This document shows, one piece after another, positions 55,701 to 64,000 of a stretch of 64,000 bases of DNA. The stretch covers positions 24,926,001-24,990,000 of the forward strand of contig CM097885.1 of assembly GCA_044892525.1 (NCBI GenBank). The letters run 5' to 3'. Every line of letters begins with the position of its first letter. Positions within the stretch are counted from its first letter, which is position 1. The stretch comes from Schmidtea polychroa (taxonomy: Eukaryota). The position numbers and the translations under genes are program-made. A model generated the notes under the pieces. That model saw only the letters and a program-made list of their open reading frames with translations. It did not search any database and was not told the DNA's origin.

Positions 55701-56763
55701 GAATGCTATACAAGAAGCACTTATGGTCGTTGTTTTTTACATTAATTATTGCATGTTTTAATTTTAATGCTGATGGGGTTTTTATATAGCTATGTCCGGA
55801 TAATCTACTGACGGGTGCGTATTTCGTTAAAATAAAATCTATTTCTAAAATATTCATTACTCGCCACCCGCTTCCTAAATAGGTGAATTGCTCAATCTTT
55901 TCATTTAATTTGCTCACCCCCTCGTTTATAAAGTTTGATGTAAAAACTTGAGCATTGTTCGAAAAATAATTATCCCGGATCTCCCCATCTTTTTCAAATT
56001 TAATTAAAATTGTGAATTGAATTTTTACATTGCCCATCTTTTCTATTTCCTGTATTAATCTATCTTCAATTTTTGATGTTAGGGCTATTTTTACTAAGTT
56101 TTGATTTCTAATATCAAATCTTAAAGTTTTACGCGATCCGTTCAAATCGGATTCTACCATAGGTTCAAACAAAGAGCCGCCTATTTGGCATATGTTCAAA
56201 GACGTTGAAGCTACACATTCATCATTGATGACTATCACTTCTTGTTGTGTAATGGGTGCGTGTTGTGTAATGGGTGCTTGGTGTGTAAACGATGTTGAAG
56301 CTACACATTCATCTTTGCTGATGACTATCACTTCAGGTCGCGATAATTTATTAGGAATGCAATTTTTAATTAAACCAGCAGGTCTTTTAATAGAATCTTT
56401 TTTAATATTTATAATATCTTTTTTAATAATATTTATAGTATCTTTTTTAATAGCATCTTTTTTAATATTTGAATCTTTAATAATATTTTTTTTATTTTTT
56501 TTAATATTTTTTTGCAAATTTTTTTGTAAATTATTTTCTAAATTTTTTTGTAAGTTTTTTTGTAATTTATTTTCTAATTTTTTTTTTTTATTTAATTTTT
56601 TATTTATTTTTTTAAATAAAACATTTTTTGATATCGAAAATTGCCCTAAGTGATTATGATGTTTATTAAAAAATTCCCTATATTTTATTTTTTCGCTCGT
56701 TACACATTTGGGGCATATAAAAAAGTTGACAGAATTAAACTTTTTTCGGTAATATTTTGTCAT
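52768..56763 (-). CDS. polB: Protein-primed family B DNA polymerase, Polinton type, intact, 1331 aa
   Basis: ATG at 56763. Motifs GSGW, INVKNNDHKCFLYSI (OTU-like), YADFES (ExoI), CYLC..VRDHCHFTG.Y.GAAC.KCN (EndoVII/HNH-like), FHNLRGYD (ExoII), KGIFPY, YLKLDV, YIDINNLYG, KLYNNSLYGK, GDTDS, RPKCY and KAKG. Confidence 0.96.
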   Translation of the reverse strand: MTKYYRKKFNSVNFFICPKCVTSEKIKYREFFNKHHNHLGQFSISKNVLFKKINKKLNKKKKLENKLQKNLQKNLENNLQKNLQKNIKKNKKNIIKDSNIKKDAIKKDTINIIKKDIINIKKDSIKRPAGLIKNCIPNKLSRPEVIVISKDECVASTSFTHQAPITQHAPITQQEVIVINDECVASTSLNICQIGGSLFEPMVESDLNGSRKTLRFDIRNQNLVKIALTSKIEDRLIQEIEKMGNVKIQFTILIKFEKDGEIRDNYFSNNAQVFTSNFINEGVSKLNEKIEQFTYLGSGWRVMNILEIDFILTKYAPVSRLSGHSYIKTPSALKLKHAIINVKNNDHKCFLYSILALLKREEIGRNHQRAAKYIEFLPLLNYDEDTDCPMRLCNIPKFERKNRDLNLSINVLSYNPASSDLDISEDYVAHHPHLNIVHRSKVIDGRPIYLLLLSNKDKYHYTAVTDLDKLMNCHENENVNVQIRCNWCPHCLNGFRYKNAFDQHVALCCKNQTGTTLYTLPKNKDLLFTDYAKTVTPPFVIYADFESVLPEHETYHQIHLPISAGLLLINNYTHTKFYYYFFGPNCILDFLRKVEEIAVTIVLPYYDLEGRKGMSTLSFAQERAFRSSTICYLCKKSIINPVRDHCHFTGRYVGAACRKCNVSRRINKLLPVVFHNLRGYDLHHILKHGLSDFPLWELNIIPTSTEKFISLIAYINKLPVRFIDSMQFVNCSLAKAVKTLTTFPLTSSVFQGSMIHSKGIFPYNFATSLDVLESTLELPPIWSDVTEDQYAEAQLIWSQHNCNNLLDYMLIYLKLDVYLLADYFQQFRGKAIAYNGLDPLNFYGIPGMSWASALMTLTEPIELLQDMEMYNFYEGGIRGGLTFVNKHYTATSDDTELLYIDINNLYGWALSQNLPYGDFSWVNNNLNDVLLECMNTDIDNLPYGYTMEVDIDIPECVHDFLNDFPLAPEKLCPPNSKVEKLMLTHWPKRNYVLHWRLLKLYIELGAVVVNIHRCIKFKQGPIFKSYIDTNTTLRSQSTSEIYRDLFKLYNNSLYGKSVENLKKRMNLRLCNSSEKMIVYSSKPTFRKSIRIDQDLIAAHLEKDVICLDRPSYIGQTVLDLSKLRMYQLQYIDLEKYRRQYKCIINIIAGDTDSFFLEIKNLKLTTLLPQMISDNLLDTSNYDPTHPLYSRNLDSVIGKFKDESKGLGYSEWVFLRPKCYSLLGSKETVKAKGVKLPGTSINHESYLNCFHSNQVISVPQTRIGTRNHQLFTFKNSKIALSNNDDKRAWLGKNLSYAFGHYLGVDELSEYDEEFGPAPSPSFDDSEWDEDQI

Positions 56764-56770
56764 TGTTATT

Positions 56771-59700
56771 AAATATTATTAAAGATTCAAATATTAAAAA
56801 AGATGCTATTAAAAAAGATACTATAAATATTATTAAAAAAGATATTATAAATATTAAAAAAGATTCTATTAAAAGACCTGCTGGTTTAATTAAAAATTGC
56901 ATTCCTAATAAATTATCGCGACCTGAAGTGATAGTCATCAGCAAAGATGAATGTGTAGCTTCAACATCGTTTACACACCAAGCACCCATTACACAACACG
57001 CACCCATTACACAACAAGAAGTGATAGTCATCAATGATGAATGTGTAGCTTCAACGTCTTTGAACATATGCCAAATAGGCGGCTCTTTGTTTGAACCTAT
57101 GGTAGAATCCGATTTGAACGGATCGCGTAAAACTTTAAGATTTGATATTAGAAATCAAAACTTAGTAAAAATAGCCCTAACATCAAAAATTGAAGATAGA
57201 TTAATACAGGAAATAGAAAAGATGGGCAATGTAAAAATTCAATTCACAATTTTAATTAAATTTGAAAAAGATGGGGAGATCCGGGATAATTATTTTTCGA
57301 ACAATGCTCAAGTTTTTACATCAAACTTTATAAACGAGGGGGTGAGCAAATTAAATGAAAAGATTGAGCAATTCACCTATTTAGGAAGCGGGTGGCGAGT
57401 AATGAATATTTTAGAAATAGATTTTATTTTAACGAAATACGCACCCGTCAGTAGATTATCCGGACATAGCTATATAAAAACCCCATCAGCATTAAAATTA
57501 AAACATGCAATAATTAATGTAAAAAACAACGACCATAAGTGCTTCTTGTATAGCATTCTTGCACTTTTAAAAAGAGAAGAAATAGGTCGTAATCACCAAA
57601 GAGCCGCCAAATATATAGAATTTTTACCTCTATTAAATTATGACGAAGACACTGATTGCCCGATGAGGCTATGCAACATTCCCAAATTTGAAAGAAAAAA
57701 TAGAGATTTAAACTTGAGCATAAACGTTCTGTCTTATAATCCAGCCAGTTCTGATTTAGATATTTCTGAGGATTATGTAGCTCACCACCCTCATCTTAAT
57801 ATAGTACATCGCTCCAAGGTTATAGACGGTAGACCAATTTATTTATTACTTTTGAGTAATAAAGATAAATATCATTATACAGCCGTGACAGACTTGGACA
57901 AATTAATGAATTGTCATGAAAATGAAAATGTAAATGTTCAAATAAGGTGTAACTGGTGCCCTCATTGTTTAAATGGCTTTAGATATAAGAATGCTTTCGA
58001 TCAGCATGTTGCTCTATGCTGTAAAAATCAGACTGGCACAACTTTGTATACACTTCCTAAAAATAAAGATTTATTATTCACAGATTACGCGAAAACAGTT
58101 ACACCTCCCTTCGTAATTTATGCCGATTTTGAATCGGTTTTACCAGAACATGAAACATATCATCAAATACATTTACCCATATCAGCAGGTCTTTTATTAA
58201 TTAATAATTATACACACACTAAATTTTATTATTATTTTTTTGGACCTAATTGTATTTTGGATTTTTTGAGGAAAGTGGAGGAAATTGCTGTCACAATTGT
58301 CCTGCCATATTATGATCTTGAAGGTCGTAAAGGTATGTCTACTTTGTCTTTTGCTCAGGAGCGTGCCTTTCGATCTTCCACTATTTGTTATTTGTGTAAA
58401 AAATCTATTATTAATCCTGTGAGAGATCATTGCCATTTTACAGGTAGATATGTCGGAGCGGCATGTAGGAAATGCAATGTCTCTCGCAGGATTAATAAAT
58501 TGTTACCTGTTGTCTTTCATAATTTACGAGGCTATGACCTCCACCATATTTTAAAACATGGTCTCAGTGATTTTCCCCTTTGGGAACTTAATATTATACC
58601 TACCTCTACAGAAAAATTTATATCTTTAATTGCATATATTAACAAATTGCCTGTTCGTTTTATTGACAGCATGCAATTTGTTAATTGTTCTTTAGCAAAA
58701 GCTGTGAAAACCTTAACTACTTTTCCTTTGACTTCGTCTGTCTTTCAAGGGTCGATGATTCACTCTAAAGGTATCTTTCCATATAATTTCGCCACTTCTT
58801 TAGATGTTCTTGAATCGACTTTAGAATTACCTCCTATTTGGTCTGATGTTACGGAAGATCAGTACGCTGAGGCTCAACTAATTTGGAGTCAGCATAACTG
58901 TAATAATTTGTTAGATTATATGTTAATCTACCTAAAATTGGACGTATACCTCCTCGCAGATTATTTTCAGCAATTCCGCGGTAAGGCAATTGCTTACAAT
59001 GGTCTGGATCCTCTTAATTTCTACGGGATTCCCGGTATGTCATGGGCCTCAGCGCTTATGACATTAACGGAACCAATAGAACTTCTGCAGGACATGGAAA
59101 TGTATAATTTCTATGAGGGAGGTATCCGGGGTGGGTTAACATTTGTTAACAAACATTACACGGCTACTTCAGATGATACAGAATTATTGTACATTGATAT
59201 AAATAATCTGTATGGTTGGGCTCTTAGCCAAAATCTTCCGTATGGTGATTTTTCTTGGGTGAATAATAACTTGAATGATGTTTTACTTGAATGTATGAAC
59301 ACGGATATTGATAACCTTCCATATGGGTATACTATGGAGGTCGATATCGATATTCCGGAATGTGTGCATGACTTTTTGAATGATTTTCCGCTTGCGCCGG
59401 AAAAGTTGTGCCCGCCTAATTCAAAAGTTGAGAAGCTTATGCTTACGCATTGGCCAAAGAGGAACTATGTTCTTCATTGGAGGCTTCTCAAATTGTATAT
59501 AGAATTAGGTGCGGTTGTTGTAAATATTCATAGGTGTATAAAGTTTAAACAAGGACCTATCTTTAAATCCTACATAGACACCAACACCACTTTACGATCT
59601 CAGTCTACTAGTGAGATATATAGGGACTTGTTTAAATTGTATAATAACTCTCTTTACGGTAAATCGGTTGAAAATTTGAAAAAAAGAATGAATTTGAGGT

Positions 59701-60491
59701 TGTGTAATTCATCCGAAAAGATGATAGTATACTCCTCAAAGCCGACTTTCAGAAAGTCCATAAGAATCGATCAAGATCTGATTGCGGCACATTTGGAAAA
59801 AGATGTGATTTGTTTAGACAGACCTAGCTACATTGGTCAAACAGTACTAGATCTGTCTAAACTGCGGATGTACCAGCTCCAATATATTGATTTGGAGAAG
59901 TACAGACGCCAATATAAATGTATCATAAATATTATTGCCGGTGATACCGACAGTTTCTTTTTGGAAATAAAAAATTTAAAATTAACAACTTTATTACCTC
60001 AGATGATCTCTGATAATTTATTGGATACGTCAAATTACGATCCAACCCACCCCTTGTATAGTAGGAACCTTGACTCGGTCATCGGGAAGTTTAAAGATGA
60101 GAGCAAGGGATTAGGGTATTCTGAATGGGTTTTCTTACGCCCTAAATGTTATAGTCTTTTAGGTAGTAAGGAAACGGTAAAAGCGAAAGGGGTTAAATTA
60201 CCAGGGACATCAATAAATCACGAATCATATCTAAATTGCTTTCATTCAAATCAGGTGATTTCTGTACCGCAGACTAGAATAGGTACTAGAAATCACCAAC
60301 TTTTTACTTTTAAAAATTCGAAAATTGCCCTAAGTAATAATGATGATAAGCGCGCGTGGCTAGGAAAAAACTTAAGTTACGCATTTGGGCACTATTTAGG
60401 AGTTGACGAATTAAGCGAATATGATGAGGAATTCGGTCCAGCTCCAAGTCCCAGTTTTGACGACAGCGAATGGGACGAAGATCAAATTTAA
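56771..60491 (+). CDS. polB: Inverted duplicate of pPolB lacking the first ~92 codons and the native ATG
   Basis: Protein is identical to the minus copy from NIIKDSNIKK to the stop. The listed start is TTG; the first in-frame ATG is at ~57099 (MVESDL). Confidence 0.9.
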
Positions 60492-60806
60492 ATAGAAAAA
60501 ACTTTATATTTTTGATTTATAAAAACTTGTATAGTGATTTCATGATTTATAAAAAATTGTATAGAAACTTTTATTTAAAAACTTGTACAAAAACCTGTAT
60601 ATTGTATAAAACTTGTATTTATATATACATATTCAATAAAATTTTTAATCAGATTTTTTAAGTATTTGGTGTTTTATTATAATTTTTTTATATTTAATGG
60701 TGATTTTTATATAGTCTGCAGTGAGCATGCAGCTATATGTTTTATATAGTCTGCAGTGGGCATGCAGCTATATCAATGAAATAATAATAATAATAATATT
60801 AATAAT

Positions 60807-60879
<73 letters not shown>

Positions 60880-60887
60880 TTAATAAT

Positions 60888-60970
<83 letters not shown>

Positions 60971-61044
60971 CTTTAAACAGGTTGCAAAGGGTACTAGTCA
61001 TGCTATTGTTATACATTTGATGGTTACATTTTGAAAGCTCTATT

Positions 61045-61476
61045 TTGATTTTTAATAAATCAATATGTGTTTGTCCGAATACAGCCAAGTTGATGGATAT
61101 TTTATATATTCTCGATAAACCAAAATGGTCAAAGCATCCAGGAAAAAGAATATCTCAAAGATTGGAGAATTTAGAAAACAGTTATGAACTAACATTTGAA
61201 TATATACAAAATATAAAAATTAAATTGATTGATCATATTGAGGTTTTCAATAACTCTATTACTGAAAATAAAAAGAATATGAAGATTATTGATAAGAAGC
61301 ATGATTATTTGTTAAAAAAGATTGAATTATTATTAAGAGAAATTCAAACAATCAAAGGATCAATAGAATATCTGAAAATCAATTCAACGTTACCAATTTC
61401 TAACAATAATGCTGCGAATAGAAGTGCATCAATATTTAGTTTACCTTTGTTAATTTTACATTATTTTATTGTTTAA
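61045..61476 (+). CDS. Unknown small coiled-coil protein (right-arm copy)
   Basis: Identical to 51746-52177. An in-frame ATG at 61000 is separated from it by TGA at 61018. Confidence 0.5.
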   Translation: MIFNKSICVCPNTAKLMDILYILDKPKWSKHPGKRISQRLENLENSYELTFEYIQNIKIKLIDHIEVFNNSITENKKNMKIIDKKHDYLLKKIELLLREIQTIKGSIEYLKINSTLPISNNNAANRSASIFSLPLLILHYFIV

Positions 61477-61601
61477 ATAAATGTATGTTTTGTTGATTTG
61501 TTGAGCGTGACCAGTACCCTTGTGAGCATTACCCATAGGGGGACAAAATATTTTGTCGGATAGACTCAGAGTATATAGACTCGGTGTATATAGATTAATA
61601 C

Positions 61602-61770
<169 letters not shown>

Positions 61771-62596
61771 TAATAATTAATAATAATAATAAGTTATATA
61801 GCTCATTCGAAAGGTCTTGGATTGAGCTTTAAAATGAGCTATCGATTATTAATTTTCGTTGGCGGGAACGTTGAAAAAATTAAAAATAAAATAATAATAT
61901 TTTTAAAAATAATAATAAAAATAATAATATTTTTTAAAAATAATAATATGACCTTGATGAGTCATCGCGATGACTCATATGACCTTGGGAATGACCTTGG
62001 ATAAGTCATGTGACCTTGAAAATGACCTTGATGAGTCATAGGATGACTCAGATGACCTTGAAAATGACCTTGAAAAATTTGATGAGTCATCGGATGAGTC
62101 ATATGACCTTGAGAATGACCTTGGTGAGTCATAGGATGAGTCATATGACCTTGAAAAAAATTTTCCAATGTCATATGAGTCATACTATGAGTCATGGTCT
62201 TTGTTTCAATGACCTTGATGAGTCATAGGATGAGTCATATGCCCTTGAAAAATTTTTTCAAGGTCATATGAGTCATACTATGAGTCATATGACCTTGGAA
62301 ATGACCTTGATGAGTCATGGTCTCTGTTTAAATGACCTTGAGAAAATTTTTTTGACCTTGGTGAGTCATATTATGAGTCATATGACCTTGAAAATGTCCT
62401 TGATGAGTCATCGGATGAGTCATGGTCTTTGTTTCAATGACCTTGATGAGTCATATGTCTTTGTTTAAATTTGACCTTGAAAAAATGTACTTTTAGACTT
62501 AGAATATTTTTGAAAATCTTACCGGCGGGGGGGGAGGGGGGGGTACTGTGCTAGCGGTGCCCTGTGCCAGCGGTGCCCAATCCATCTACTGACCTA

Positions 62597-63964
62597 CACC
62601 CAGCACAGAAACTACATGCATATAAAACCTTTATACACTCCCGATTTATTTTTCCTTTCCGAACATGCACAATCAATCATATGATACTTGACTGCAATAG
62701 GAATAAAGTAGTGCAGAATAGAGAAAAACAACTAGGCTATGACCAAAAAATTAAACGAATAATTAAAAACGAACTAAAAGACATACACCAAAATCTTAAT
62801 AATAACTTTATTTATGCGAACTGCTCTTTAGGAGGATTAGGTATCACATCATCCATTGATGAATACATAATCCAAAGTATCACCCAATTTATTAGGATAT
62901 TTAACTCAGATGACATTAAGATGAGAAATTTTATATTAAGTGAACTTATTGAAATAGTCAAAATTAGATCATTAAATAAGGAAATCAATATTAATAATGC
63001 CCTAGACTGGCTTAATGCAGACTGTAAGGGGGACATAAGTGGTAAATCTTCAACAATTTTTTCAAAATTTAGGGAATCATGTAAGAGAATCCGCGAAAAA
63101 TTCAATATTCAATGCAAAATAATAATTATTAAAGGCTTTTTTAACCTAGAAATAAAATACAATAATGAGATTAATTATATAGATAAGAATAACCTAGAAG
63201 ACACATCCTCGGCATTACATAATATTACAAGTAGATGGTATGCTGAAAAATGGTATGACATGATCCACCAGGGACACATATCAAAAACAATAGGAAACAA
63301 TAACTTATCTGCATACCCAATAAAATCAACTGACCTTACCGACAATCAATATTACTTTATAATTAAAGCACGCAATAACATGCTCAGTCTTAATTACACA
63401 ATAAATAGGCACAAAGAGAACCAAAACATACTCTGCAGATTATGCAGCAAAGACTGGGAAACACAGGCACATATTTTTAACCACTGCACCAAAACACAAA
63501 ATGCTAGGAGAAATAAGCACAATAGAGTATTAGAAATAACGCATAAATATCTAACCTCCAAAAACTTTAATGTTGACACAGAGAGAGCACCACCAGGAAC
63601 AATAACTACACTAAGACCTGACTTAATTATAACTTCAAATAGAAACAAAAAAATACACCTACTTGACATTAAGGTACCGTATGACACAATAGAAAATTTT
63701 AACAACGCTAGAGATAACAATTTTGAGAAATATAGAAACTTGGCTATTGAAACTGGCACTGCAAATAAAACTAAAACTACATTATATGCACTTGTTGTAG
63801 GGACTTTAGGAACCTGGGATATCAACAATGATAAACCCTTAAGAGGTATAGGATTAATTGATAGGGAAATTAACATATTAGCTAGGAAATGTATTATAAC
63901 AGCGATCACAGCGAGCTATAATATCTACATGGACCACATTTTAAACACTTTAACTGATAATTAA
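62597..63964 (+). pseudogene. Retrotransposon polyprotein, 3' part: thumb, CCHC knuckle, restriction-like endonuclease
   Basis: Reads HPAQKLHAYKTFI, GGLGI, CRLCSKDWETQAHIFNHC, RNKHNRV, RPDLII, LLDIKVPYD, EKY and VVGTLGTW. In frame with ...IFTSDL at 50660. Confidence 0.93.
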
Positions 63965-64000
63965 TATACTATAATATTATATACTAAAATTACTTTAATA

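Noticed and set aside
56757..56770. Genuine start codon for a 1244-aa plus-strand PolB
   Set aside because: The start is TTG within spacer sequence, antisense to the real ATG. It is a chance extension across the junction.
54823..58436. Small ORFs antisense to polB (79, 110 and 153 aa), and similar ORFs antisense to the RT and transposases
   Set aside because: They are shadow frames of real coding sequence and contain no motifs.
62564..62596. Independent 466-aa gene starting MPAVPNPST
   Set aside because: The first codons come from the TIR and TSD. The remainder is the C-terminal part of the interrupted retrotransposon ORF.

Overview
AT-rich eukaryotic DNA made almost entirely of nested mobile elements; I recognise no host gene. 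The (ATT)n tracts and the NeSL-type retrotransposon fit an invertebrate such as a planarian, but that is inference only. The standout is an 11.9-kb fold-back Polinton/Maverick-like element (50661-62590). It has 5'-AGTAG...CTACT-3' ends, a 6-bp target-site duplication (TSD, GACCTA) and two ~5.8-kb inverted arms, each carrying a protein-primed PolB, with no integrase, ATPase, protease or capsid ORF visible. It sits inside the reverse transcriptase of a NeSL/Utopia/R5-like non-LTR retrotransposon, whose reading frame rejoins exactly when the element and one TSD are removed. A second palindromic element of the same design but without PolB (15286-24203, TSD ATAGAT) and a third, one-ended relative (from 5637) share a 12+16+16-bp terminal architecture, transcription-factor-motif-like subterminal arrays and an internal palindromic cassette. 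Also present: a decayed pPolB of a different lineage, a pogo (DD35D) transposon, two hAT-like transposase relics, several LTR-like repeats and a few orphan ORF relics. Everything was read by eye; boundaries without a TSD are approximate.
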